Shown: positions 1-9,456 of the stretch, in pieces
How positions within the stretch are numbered: position 1 is the stretch's first letter
Layout of the letters: the number at the start of each line of letters is the position of its first letter
NCBI GenBank assembly: GCA_964558645.1
Contig: CAZLEV010000007.1
Span: 104,254 to 168,253 of the forward strand
DNA: 64,000 bases
Reading direction: 5' to 3'
Source of the DNA: an uncultured archaeon
Lineage (GTDB): Archaea; Asgardarchaeota; Thorarchaeia; Thorarchaeales; Thorarchaeaceae
Program-made: the position numbers and the translations under genes
Notes under the pieces: generated by a model
The model's database searches: none
Told to the model about the DNA's origin: nothing
What the model saw: the letters and a program-made list of their open reading frames with translations, nothing else

Positions 1-261
1 CTCAGGTTCTTCCAGGCTGGAATGCTCTATCTTGTAATGACCGAGTATCTTGGTGTTGCAGCAAGTCTATTCCTCACCGTCATGAGTAGTATAGGTGTCA
101 TCGATTTCGTGCAGGCTCTCAATGCCGTTCTCCTTCAGATTCCGTACATGAGTATCTACTTCGGCTACTTCAACAACTACATGTTCACAGGATATGGAGC
201 GGTCTTCGGTCTTCTACTGATGGTGTTTGTTGTCTACAAGATAATTGGGCGATATCGATGA
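1..261 (+). CDS. C-terminal part of a membrane protein that begins before the window
   Basis: Frame is open from base 1 to the TGA at 259-261; hydrophobic helices end in a basic tail. Confidence 0.6.
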   Translation, partial: LRFFQAGMLYLVMTEYLGVAASLFLTVMSSIGVIDFVQALNAVLLQIPYMSIYFGYFNNYMFTGYGAVFGLLLMVFVVYKIIGRYR

Positions 262-331
262 TCAGCTGATGATGGATTGAGAACCTTTCAGAGGTTCTCC
301 TACATCATCTCAGTCGGACTTGTTCGGGATA

Positions 332-1225
332 TCAATCTCGCCATTCTCTAATGCTATCTTGAATCTGCAGCGAACCGAGATTCTTGAACACTTCACCTTT
401 CTCTAGGTTTCTGTAGACGGGGAATCTTCCCTTGATTGGTGAATCCCTCAGAGTCTTCCATACAGGGGTGTTACCTGACGTACCATGTTGTCGAAGCCAC
501 GAAACTCTCTCCAAATCTATTGCCTCAACCATGGTTTCTTCATGCTGTCCTGCCTGCCGAAGCACTCTGCCTTCAGGATCTGCTAGAATCGACTGTCCAC
601 CACCCTGCTGGCCTATTGTGTTGATGCCGAACATGTAGATTTGGTTGAAGATTGCATGGGCCCTTGTCATGATGAGTTCAGTGTCACGGTCCGGCAGGAA
701 AACTGCAGTGGGCTGAAGAACAATCTCAGCTCCCATCCATGCGAGGGTTCTAATCATCTCTGGTATCCATATGTCGTAACAGATAGCCAGACCTATCTTC
801 CCTAGATTCTCGAAGTCAAAGACCACAAACTCATTGCCTGAGTCATAGTCTTCCCGAGGCAACCAGGGGAAGATCTTGCGGTACTTGGTCACAATCTCTC
901 CCTCTCTGTTGAAAACCAGCGCAGTATTATAGACTTCTTGCCCATCTCGTTCTAGCAGTGTCCCAGGTATGAGCCAAGTTTCGAGAGTCTTCGCGAACTC
1001 AGAGAGCTCGTCGGTTAGCTCGTTTGGAATCTCCTGTGCATTTGCTCCCCATTCCTCTTCTGGTGAATGTTCTGCCAAGTAGTACTCACCAGTGAAGATG
1101 ATGTCAACCCAGGGAAAATCACGCTTCATTTCTCTGGAAACTGACATAAACTTCTCCAGGTTTGCTCTTGCATCAACCGGATTTCTTGCGAGTTGTAGGC
1201 CAGCGACCCCTATATATCTAGACAT
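332..1225 (-). CDS. Carbon-nitrogen hydrolase (nitrilase/amidase family)
   Basis: E-K-C triad motifs FTGEY, YRKIF and ICYD; likely start is ATG 1225. Confidence 0.9.
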   Translation of the reverse strand: MSRYIGVAGLQLARNPVDARANLEKFMSVSREMKRDFPWVDIIFTGEYYLAEHSPEEEWGANAQEIPNELTDELSEFAKTLETWLIPGTLLERDGQEVYNTALVFNREGEIVTKYRKIFPWLPREDYDSGNEFVVFDFENLGKIGLAICYDIWIPEMIRTLAWMGAEIVLQPTAVFLPDRDTELIMTRAHAIFNQIYMFGINTIGQQGGGQSILADPEGRVLRQAGQHEETMVEAIDLERVSWLRQHGTSGNTPVWKTLRDSPIKGRFPVYRNLEKGEVFKNLGSLQIQDSIREWRD

Positions 1226-1388
1226 TTGAATCAACCTTTAGAAACATTGTACGTGCCTTGTTTGCCTAGTCTTATCGGGTGTCTTCACATAAACATGTGG
1301 CTATCTACAACCTTATCTGTGGCCACGAACTCAACCCCTGTGAAACTCGTGTGTAGAGCCTACACACATAATTACCACCTGAGGTATC

Positions 1389-2849
1389 ATGTTGGATCAA
1401 AGCGTTATCTCTCATTTGAAGCAACTAGTCGGAAGTGAAGACATCGTATACGAACGAGTTGACCTGTTTGCATACGCCCGAGATTTGACTCCCTATTTGG
1501 CACTTCCAGATGTAGTAGTATTCCCCAGAACAAAACAATCTGTTTCTGCGATAGTCAGACTTGCTTCGGATAATCGCATTCCCCTCACTCCCCGGGGTGG
1601 GGGCGCATCTTTTCAAGGATCGTCGCTTCCGATCAAAGGCGGCATTCTACTCGATCTCAGCAGAATGAATGAGATTCTGGAGATCAGTGAAGAAGACATG
1701 GTTGCAGTAGTGCAACCAGGTGTCAGATACGAAACCTTCGACAAGGCACTCTCTGAACGCGGGCTGTCATGGCCGCATGATGTGGGAAGTCATGATGCAG
1801 CAAGCATCGGCGGCATTCTTGCCTCAGATTCGAATGGACATCATGCCTACAAGCATGGTCGTGTCAGTTCTTGGATTCAAGCTATGGAGATTGTGCTTGC
1901 AGATGGCTCTGTTCTGAATCTTGGTACAAGGGCACCGCGTTATAATATGGGGTATAACCTTGCTGCCCTCTTTTCCGGCTCACAGGGCACACTCGGTATC
2001 ATCACTGAGGCAATCCTAAGGCTGGTACCTCGCCCGAAATATGACGCCACAATCGGAGCATTCTTCGATGACCTAGACGATCTTATGGCGGCGTCTCATG
2101 CTATCACATTGTCAGGTGTTGACGCAGGAACGCTTGAGGCAACAGACGGGTATACAGTCAGAACCATCAGTGACGTGATGGACTTCGGCTTCCCTGAGTG
2201 TGAAGGTAACTTTGTTGGTGACATCCAGGCTTTCGACAAGGACGACCTCGAGAGACGACTGAACATCATGGCAGACATTTTGCGCGAACATGGTGGCAAA
2301 GAGGTCATCTTCGCGTACGATGATGCAACTATTCGGAAGCTTTGGGCCCCTCGGATGGAGATCGATGTAGCCATCATGAAGACCGACCCAGGGTACCGAG
2401 AGATCGGGTTCGCAGCAGCTGACCCTTGCGTGCCTCTATCTAAGCAAGCCGAAGCTATACGGGAGATCGGTAGGATAATCAGGTCACACGGACTTATCGC
2501 GGCTGTTTTCTGTCACACAGGAATTGGAATCATCCATCCTGCAGCCCTCATGGACCCCAAGAGTGAGGATCATTGGAAGGCTCTCAAACTGGCCGAGAAG
2601 GAAGTCATTGAGTATGTCTTCAGCATCGGAGGTGTCTTGAGTGCAGAGCATGGCCTTGGGTACGTCAAGAACCCCTATGTTAAGCGGGCTGTTGGTGAGA
2701 AAAAGCTCGAGATTGACCGGAAAATCAAGAAGTTACTCGACCCCGATGGGGTCTTCAATCCGCGCAAGATGGCGCTTGACACGGAGGAACGAGACGTTGA
2801 GGCTAAGCCGATTCATTCGGCATATGTGACAGATAAGGAGGCTTGGTAG
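1389..2849 (+). CDS. FAD-linked oxidase, GlcD/D-lactate dehydrogenase-like
   Basis: PRGGG, SQGTLGIITE, AEHGLG and DPxxxFNPxK motifs. Confidence 0.9.
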   Translation: MLDQSVISHLKQLVGSEDIVYERVDLFAYARDLTPYLALPDVVVFPRTKQSVSAIVRLASDNRIPLTPRGGGASFQGSSLPIKGGILLDLSRMNEILEISEEDMVAVVQPGVRYETFDKALSERGLSWPHDVGSHDAASIGGILASDSNGHHAYKHGRVSSWIQAMEIVLADGSVLNLGTRAPRYNMGYNLAALFSGSQGTLGIITEAILRLVPRPKYDATIGAFFDDLDDLMAASHAITLSGVDAGTLEATDGYTVRTISDVMDFGFPECEGNFVGDIQAFDKDDLERRLNIMADILREHGGKEVIFAYDDATIRKLWAPRMEIDVAIMKTDPGYREIGFAAADPCVPLSKQAEAIREIGRIIRSHGLIAAVFCHTGIGIIHPAALMDPKSEDHWKALKLAEKEVIEYVFSIGGVLSAEHGLGYVKNPYVKRAVGEKKLEIDRKIKKLLDPDGVFNPRKMALDTEERDVEAKPIHSAYVTDKEAW

Positions 2850-2853
2850 TCAG

Positions 2854-3246
2854 ATGTCACTTGAAGACCATAGGCACATCATCATGGAATGCGTGAGTTG
2901 CGGTCTCTGTCAAAGCAATTGTCCCATCTACAAGCAGTCCTATCTCGAGTCCAACAGCGCGAAGGGGAAGATGTCCATTCTGTACGCGTTGCTTGAGGGG
3001 TGGCTGGATTGGGATGAGGTTGCAGAGAGGATGTACGAGTGTACCACTTGCAAGAACTGTCAGGCAACGTGTCTCTCCGGATTGGATATCCCTGCAGTCG
3101 TCGAGGCCGCTAGAGCCGAGTTAGTGAAGCGGGGTTACGGAAACGAAATCTCAGCAAAACTGGCAGAGAACCTGAAAGAGACCCACAATCCCTTCGGTGA
3201 GGATCCGAAAGTGCGAAACAAATTCAAAGAACTGGCGGAGGCGTAA
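2854..3246 (+). CDS. 4Fe-4S dicluster protein (GlcF N-terminal half)
   Basis: CVSCGLCQSNCP and CTTCKNCQATC. Confidence 0.85.
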   Translation: MSLEDHRHIIMECVSCGLCQSNCPIYKQSYLESNSAKGKMSILYALLEGWLDWDEVAERMYECTTCKNCQATCLSGLDIPAVVEAARAELVKRGYGNEISAKLAENLKETHNPFGEDPKVRNKFKELAEA

Positions 3247-3249
3247 CAG

Positions 3250-3972
3250 TTGATAGTGTATTTTCTTGGTTGTATGGCAACGTACCGGCTACCATCTATA
3301 GCAGAGGCAACAATCAAGATTCTGAAACATGCAGGTGTTGACTTCAAGACGCTTGGTGAGGACGAGTGGTGTTGCGGCAGTGTCACTCTTCGCACCGGTT
3401 TCAATGAAGAGGCCGAGTATCTTGCTCGCCACAATGTTGAGGCTATCAAGGACGCAGGAGCCGATCGAGTTGTCACTGCCTGCGCCGGTTGCTTCCGAAC
3501 CCTGTCTGTCGACTACCCGAAGATTCTCGGTGAGGAACTGCCTTTTGAGGTGGTCCACTTCCCGACGCTTCTCAAGGAGCTCATCGAAGAAGGGGAGATC
3601 CAATTCCCGGAGGACGAGCAGATTGCAGTTACCTATCACGATCCGTGTCACATCGGCCGCCACATGGGAATCTATGACGATCCACGTGAGGCTCTTGAGG
3701 CAATACCGAATGTAGAACTACGCGAGATGTTCAAGAATCACGAGAACGCCTCGTGCTGCGGTGCTGGTGGGGGCGTTCGCTCGACAAATCGTGACCTAGC
3801 GCGAGGGGCAGCTGATACCCGTATCGAAGAGGCTGAGGAAACGGGCGCATCGGTGTTGACCACTGCTTGCCCGTTTTGTACATTCAATCTGAGAGAGTCG
3901 ACTGAGCGCTCTGAGTCTGAGGTCGAGATGCTTGACTTCCCTGAGTTTGTCGCGAAGATACTGAAGCTTTGA
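3250..3972 (+). CDS. CCG-domain Fe-S oxidoreductase (GlcF/HdrD C-terminal half)
   Basis: WCCG, TACAGC, YHDPCH, CCGAGGG and ACPFC. Confidence 0.85.
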   Translation: MIVYFLGCMATYRLPSIAEATIKILKHAGVDFKTLGEDEWCCGSVTLRTGFNEEAEYLARHNVEAIKDAGADRVVTACAGCFRTLSVDYPKILGEELPFEVVHFPTLLKELIEEGEIQFPEDEQIAVTYHDPCHIGRHMGIYDDPREALEAIPNVELREMFKNHENASCCGAGGGVRSTNRDLARGAADTRIEEAEETGASVLTTACPFCTFNLRESTERSESEVEMLDFPEFVAKILKL

Positions 3973-4181
3973 GCAGAATCATGTCCGTCTGCGCGCAACG
4001 GACCCATTCCCTTGCATGCAGTTCGGACTCTTCACAATCTTTCCATAACGTAATCGACCTTAGTCCCCTTTTGCCAGTCCGAGTGTGGCTTATGTCGAGA
4101 AGGCTCTCCCGGGTCACATTCAAATGATTCTTATGGTTGACCTAACTCGACTATTCGTGTTTCTAGAGGCGAGATTCTGCG

Positions 4182-4808
4182 ATGGAGTTAATTGATGCGC
4201 CTATGCCAATTTCAAAGCGCGTGGCCGTACTAGCAGTCTTTTCAGCGATAGCCATCGCCTTGGAAGTCTTTCCAATACCTGGCATCACTGATCTCAAGTT
4301 AGTTCCCGCTGTTCCTAGTTTCACAATTGATTGGACAGGGATACCGATTACATTCATCTTTCTTGTTCTTGGATTCAACTACTCACTGGTGGCAGTGGCG
4401 ACAATGGCTCTTGCAATCGGATACCGAAATCCGATTGGAGCTGTATTCAAGGCCATGTCAGAATTTCTAACGGTCTTGGGAATGCTTGCAGGACTACTCA
4501 TGTATCGGTGCCTTGCTGAAAAACACACGAACAGAAGAAAGCGGGAGATAAAAGCACTTCTCATGTTGCTTGGGGGTGTCTTCTTCAGAATGATGGGAAT
4601 GTATGTTGCCAACATACTCCTGCTACCTCTGCTTCTGGGCTTGCCAGAAAGTGCAGCTATTTCAGCATCTGAAATACTAATTCCTTGGAACGGACTCCAA
4701 GCTGTCATTAACATACTGGGCGGTTTGATGCTTCTAAGGCTAGTTCCACGAGAGGTTCTTCTAGAAGCAGGACTCGATACAGATTCAACAAACATACATC
4801 GGGAATAG
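4182..4808 (+). CDS. ECF transporter S-component-like membrane protein
   Basis: About 5-6 TM helices; AVFSAIAIAL N-terminal helix and IPWNGLQ near the C-terminus. Confidence 0.65.
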   Translation: MELIDAPMPISKRVAVLAVFSAIAIALEVFPIPGITDLKLVPAVPSFTIDWTGIPITFIFLVLGFNYSLVAVATMALAIGYRNPIGAVFKAMSEFLTVLGMLAGLLMYRCLAEKHTNRRKREIKALLMLLGGVFFRMMGMYVANILLLPLLLGLPESAAISASEILIPWNGLQAVINILGGLMLLRLVPREVLLEAGLDTDSTNIHRE

Positions 4809-4869
4809 AACGCTCTCTTGAAATGAAACCTTGGCTCTTCCCCCTGCACACTATGCTCGCCTATGTGGC

Positions 4870-6039
4870 TCACATCTCTGTTTCGATGAAGCCTTCCACA
4901 AACCTAGAACTGGCCTTCGGCGCCTGTTTCATATCCTTGGCGTACATAGCATGTCTCATCAGTCTGTCAAGAGCGACAGTATAGGCATCAAGCGCGCTCC
5001 ATCCCTCAGATGAACTGTGATACTGACCGTTCACTGTTCTCAGGTTCATCCGACATTGAACGAGCGTTCTTTTGCCAGCTACAGATCCTTGGGTCTTCAT
5101 ATACACGAAGAGGATGCCCTTTCCCAGAGTCGTATCGAATTTCTTTCTGAACGACGTGAAGTTCTGCATCATTATCTCTCTATCTCGGCCCGATATCTCA
5201 ACCGAGGGCTTGATAGAGAACTGAATCGTGAGACGTCTCGATTCGATTGCTTCTCGCGCTAGGGGTTCGAGGAAGTCTAGTTTTGTGACTATCCCGGTCA
5301 TACGGTCTTCCTTTGTCACGACGAGGCACGATACTTGTTCCCTCTTCATTTTGGATACGCAATCCTTCAGAGTGTTCCGTTCGGTCACTGTGACAACGGG
5401 CGAGCTCATGACTCCTCGGATCTCAATACCCATCACCCCGTATCTCTCTCCAATGCGTTCTCCTTTTGTTGTCCGACTTCTGATCTTGTAGACGAGGTCT
5501 ATGATGTCCTGAATGCTTACCATGCCGATAGTCCTTCCGTCCTCGACAACAGGTGCGTGAGATATGCCATGCTCTCTGAAAAGATTCAGTACAGACGCGG
5601 CTGTATCCTCGGGCTCCACGACTTCCGGCTTTCTTGACATAATCTCCTCAACCGGTAAATCCCCCAATGAACCTGATAAGACGCTCTCGAGTATCTGATC
5701 GCGCGTTACGATTCCTCTGAATCTCTGTCCCGCATATACTGGAAGCTGTGCTGCACCGCTCTCAATCATCAGTCTAGCTGCCTCACTGAGAGTATCGCGC
5801 ATCTGAACCTGAGGAGGTTTCTGTATCAACTTCCTGATTGACACATTCGCAGGGTTCAGTCTTGATCTCCTCAGTCTTCTCAACGAGATCATACCAACGT
5901 ATTCGCCTTTCCTGTCTCTGACAGAGAGGGCTTCAACTCCAAGTTCCTTGAGTCTTGCAAGACATGAGGTAAGACTATCAGTGTCAGTGACCGACTCGGT
6001 GATTTCGCTGTAAATATTCTGAACATGAAGGTCATCCAT
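4870..6039 (-). CDS. Four-CBS-domain protein with C-terminal HPF/RaiA-like domain (candidate ribosome hibernation factor)
   Basis: Four CBS repeats; C-terminal ~110 aa ending SEGWSALDAYTVALDRL resembles the HPF fold. Confidence 0.75.
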   Translation of the reverse strand: MDDLHVQNIYSEITESVTDTDSLTSCLARLKELGVEALSVRDRKGEYVGMISLRRLRRSRLNPANVSIRKLIQKPPQVQMRDTLSEAARLMIESGAAQLPVYAGQRFRGIVTRDQILESVLSGSLGDLPVEEIMSRKPEVVEPEDTAASVLNLFREHGISHAPVVEDGRTIGMVSIQDIIDLVYKIRSRTTKGERIGERYGVMGIEIRGVMSSPVVTVTERNTLKDCVSKMKREQVSCLVVTKEDRMTGIVTKLDFLEPLAREAIESRRLTIQFSIKPSVEISGRDREIMMQNFTSFRKKFDTTLGKGILFVYMKTQGSVAGKRTLVQCRMNLRTVNGQYHSSSEGWSALDAYTVALDRLMRHAMYAKDMKQAPKASSRFVEGFIETEM

Positions 6040-6183
6040 TTACTCTACCCCGTATCTAAGTAAAATATTGTGACTATTGATATATCTGTTTGGAAGGGGC
6101 AGCGAAAAGAAGTGAGCCTACTCTCCGATACGGCTTCTTCTTGTCCTTGTCCCGAAGTCGTCTAGAACTGCAGGAGAAGATGC

Positions 6184-7029
6184 TCACTCAAGTTCTACGC
6201 GGGCCACAACGGGTAAATGGTCACTCGCCATAGCTGTGGACACAACCACACATGTTAGCACGGTAATGTCAGGGCTTACCCAGATGTAGTCTATCCTTTC
6301 GAACGGACCTGTGCTGGGCCATGTATAACCTTCGGGAGAATCGAGTGGATTTCCTGCGGCGGTCCATGTATCATTGAGATGTTTCGAGATGTCTTGGTAG
6401 ATTGTGTCGTCTGGGCTCTCAACTCCCGGTTCGGGCTGGCCTGTTGGGAGGGTATTGAAATCACCCATTAGGACCTTAGGGCCGGAGGTAGCATTCACTG
6501 CACTCATCACTTCTTGTGCTTGAGTTGTCCTATCATAGTAGGAGAGTCCAAGGTGCACTACGAACACATTTAGATCGAGCGAGCCAATCCTGACAACGGT
6601 TTCAAGCATGACACGCGGCAATTCCTCATGTGTCAGAAGATGGTACTTGGCACTGATGATGGGGTGTTTAGAGAGAAGCGCCACTCCAATTATCTGCTCG
6701 TTCGAAGGAGGACCGAAGTAGCTGTGCATTCCAAGTTGCGTCGAGAGCCAGAGCACTGAGTCTATGTTCATAGAGCTAACCCTTCCTGAATCAGACTCCT
6801 GTAGACCTACTATGTCTGCCTCAGAATTCAGAATTGTATCACGGACATACTCAAGGTTCACTGAGCCATCCGGGGTGTAACCTTGGTAGATGTTGTAGGT
6901 CATGACAGTAATAGTCTCAGATGCTGGGGCTTCAGGAGTTGGAGCCAAAGAGAGAACAAGGCCTGAGGCTGTTCCTATCAAGAAGACAATTGCAAGGGTT
7001 GTTACTGTTTTGTGAATAGACGAATCCAC
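6184..7029 (-). CDS. EEP-family phosphodiesterase with N-terminal TM (Cwh43/PGAP2IP C-domain-like)
   Basis: TYNI, GLQE, MGDFN, RIDY and SDHLP motifs; GGAGGTG SD before the GTG start. Confidence 0.85.
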   Translation of the reverse strand: MDSSIHKTVTTLAIVFLIGTASGLVLSLAPTPEAPASETITVMTYNIYQGYTPDGSVNLEYVRDTILNSEADIVGLQESDSGRVSSMNIDSVLWLSTQLGMHSYFGPPSNEQIIGVALLSKHPIISAKYHLLTHEELPRVMLETVVRIGSLDLNVFVVHLGLSYYDRTTQAQEVMSAVNATSGPKVLMGDFNTLPTGQPEPGVESPDDTIYQDISKHLNDTWTAAGNPLDSPEGYTWPSTGPFERIDYIWVSPDITVLTCVVVSTAMASDHLPVVARVELE

Positions 7030-8234
7030 TAGTTAAGCACCTCCTTGTTGCCGAGTGCTAGAGCGAGGGGTACTGTTGCAGCGAGTGCAAACGATGAAAT
7101 AATCAGATAAGGGGTAATGCCCTCAAGGGCTGGGAGTATCTGTCCTGCAACAAGGGCGAGAACATAGAGCAGTGTAAGGAGCAGGAGGATCAGCATTCCG
7201 GAGAAATGGAATAGTGCATGGTCTGTGAGAGTCGCGTTGCGAGAGCCAAGCAAGCCCCAGAGCAGTCGTAGATTGAGCATGAACACGAAGGTGGTTATGC
7301 CCGCCAAGACACCGGCTAAAGGCGAGTGCAGATATGCAAAGTCAAGGGCTGCTAGAAGGGCCAAGAGATTTAGTGCTGCAAGAGTGGGCTTGCGACTCAA
7401 TTGCTGAACTAATCTTGTGTTGAGAACTGCCAGAGCGTAGGTGATGAGGCCGAGAATAACTGAGAGTCCAGCAATCTCATAGGAACTGGTGGTCCATCGA
7501 GCTATTACATTGGGATACGCTAAGAAGGTGAGAAATGCAAACATCACTCCTCCAAACCCCAGACCAGCCGCGAACACTGCACCTCTTGATATTGAGGAAG
7601 GCTCGCTTACCTGTGAAGAAGCCACGGCTGACGGAAGCAGATGACTCAGATAGGCAAACGACCCAGCGAGAACACACAAGAGTGGGGCTATCACAATTCC
7701 GAGTGGACCAGTGGACAAGTCCCAGGTGATGCCAAGGGTTCTTAGCATGAGATCACCTGCAATAGCCAGCGAGAAGGCTGCACTGAAGAGGTTGGGAACT
7801 GACAAAGCAGGACTCGGTTCGGCTTTGAACTGGGATTCCGTGGCAACTGGAAGATACATGCCGTAGAACAAGACAGTCAGTCCCGCAGTAATCATGTAGA
7901 GCATAGCAGTTGTCTGAACAAAAGGCATGATGAATCGAAACAGGATGACTCCTATCACACTAGACACTCTCAGAGACTCAGCTTGAGCATTCCGAAATGG
8001 TATAACCACGGCAGGTGATAGCAGTAAGAAAATAAGCGCAACAGAAGGTCCCAACGACATTGCACCAAGGTTCTGGAAGTATATCTGACCAATGAACTCT
8101 CTGACGCTCTGGAGAAAGAATAGAGTCATCATGAGGGGCAGTAGTAGATGATTCATGAGTAAGCTCAACTCATCTCTTGAGAAGGCGTCTGTCACCCTCT
8201 TGGCTAGAGCTTGGGTAGATGTTCTTTCGGTCAT
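7029..8234 (-). CDS. Polytopic membrane protein coupled to the EEP gene
   Basis: About 11-12 TM helices; its TAG overlaps the downstream GTG by 1 nt. Confidence 0.75.
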   Translation of the reverse strand: MTERTSTQALAKRVTDAFSRDELSLLMNHLLLPLMMTLFFLQSVREFIGQIYFQNLGAMSLGPSVALIFLLLSPAVVIPFRNAQAESLRVSSVIGVILFRFIMPFVQTTAMLYMITAGLTVLFYGMYLPVATESQFKAEPSPALSVPNLFSAAFSLAIAGDLMLRTLGITWDLSTGPLGIVIAPLLCVLAGSFAYLSHLLPSAVASSQVSEPSSISRGAVFAAGLGFGGVMFAFLTFLAYPNVIARWTTSSYEIAGLSVILGLITYALAVLNTRLVQQLSRKPTLAALNLLALLAALDFAYLHSPLAGVLAGITTFVFMLNLRLLWGLLGSRNATLTDHALFHFSGMLILLLLTLLYVLALVAGQILPALEGITPYLIISSFALAATVPLALALGNKEVLN

Positions 8235-8661
8235 CGTTCATCACCTTGGCATACAGGCCATGAGTCTGGTGTTAAACCGGGACAAAAGCGTTTTCATGCT
8301 CATGGCCCTGTTTCTCTATTGAATGAAACGCCTTACATCAGCTTCTTTTGGTGTACTCCAAGATAAATGAATTCTGACTATTTTGACTCAGGTCTTTCTA
8401 CCAATTCATAGATTAAGTTCACTATCGACTCGACCACCGAGTCGTCTTTGGTCACAATGCCGACTTCCCAAGTTGAGCCGCCTGCTGAACTGCTGTTGAG
8501 GTCCATCGAAGAGGTGCTGGCTTAGCCCTATGAAACGGATTTCCTAGTAGTGCGTTCTAGGAGCAGATCAGGACATAAAAGCGGGCAAATGAGATGTATT
8601 TCACGAGTAAGATGCAAAGCTGAGATTCTTCTTGCCTATTCTTCTGCTTTCATGAACTCGT

Positions 8662-9186
8662 TCACGCTGTAAGCCTCTTTCGCCTCAGAGCAATTATGAC
8701 TATAACAGTAATACCTCCAAGGATACCTACCGCAAGCAGATAATCCATGCTGGTCAGATTGAAAAAGGGTGCGGGTTCTGCGCTCGTAACTGTGACCCAG
8801 ACAGTATCAAATGACATATTGCCAGCCATATCTCGAACGACTACTGTGATATTATGGATGCCAACTCCCAGACCATCCAATTCGAAGACAATCTCGATTG
8901 GACTTGTATCCCATGCACCATAATCGGAGATTGTTCCATTGTTGAAAATCACATATCCATAGGGATTATCGTCAGAGCATACCCAGATGATGGTTCTACC
9001 AGTTGTTCCCTCTGTCATCGTCACATTCTCTGGAGATGAGATGGTAGGTGGTGTAATGTCACCATGTGCATTTCCGTATGCTGTAACTGGCTCTGCAGCA
9101 AAGCCAAGAAACAGCACGATGCCCATGAAAACAATCGATGCCACCTTTCGTTTTCTCAAGAAGAAAGAGTGTGAAATCAGCATCAT
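8662..9186 (-). CDS. Small surface protein: signal peptide, Ig-like domain, C-terminal TM
   Basis: DITPPTI…DGLGVGIHNITVVVRDMAGN module shared with neighbouring proteins. Confidence 0.75.
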   Translation of the reverse strand: MMLISHSFFLRKRKVASIVFMGIVLFLGFAAEPVTAYGNAHGDITPPTISSPENVTMTEGTTGRTIIWVCSDDNPYGYVIFNNGTISDYGAWDTSPIEIVFELDGLGVGIHNITVVVRDMAGNMSFDTVWVTVTSAEPAPFFNLTSMDYLLAVGILGGITVIVIIALRRKRLTA

Positions 9187-9456
9187 TTATCACCACGCTT
9201 TAATCAAAGAGTTGTCGAAAGTACATTCAAAACGGAGATAAGAATCTTTCCTAAGCTAGGACTCTGTGTGAAAAGTTGAAACGAGTAATTGCCCGTGCAT
9301 GTCATGTGGTGCCATCCTCCAAGATTCTTCTTCAAGTATTTCCCTGAAATCACACTGCCGTTGGAGCAGGCCTTCAGTAGCTGTTGGGATGTCAAGACCA
9401 TGCCGTCTTTGAAGAGATTCGCTTTGGAGTGATTGTCTTTAGTAATTCTTATGTAA

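Noticed and set aside
7020-7045. Possible frameshift joining the TM and EEP genes
   Set aside because: A strong GGAGGTG SD and a TAG/GTG overlap indicate two real genes
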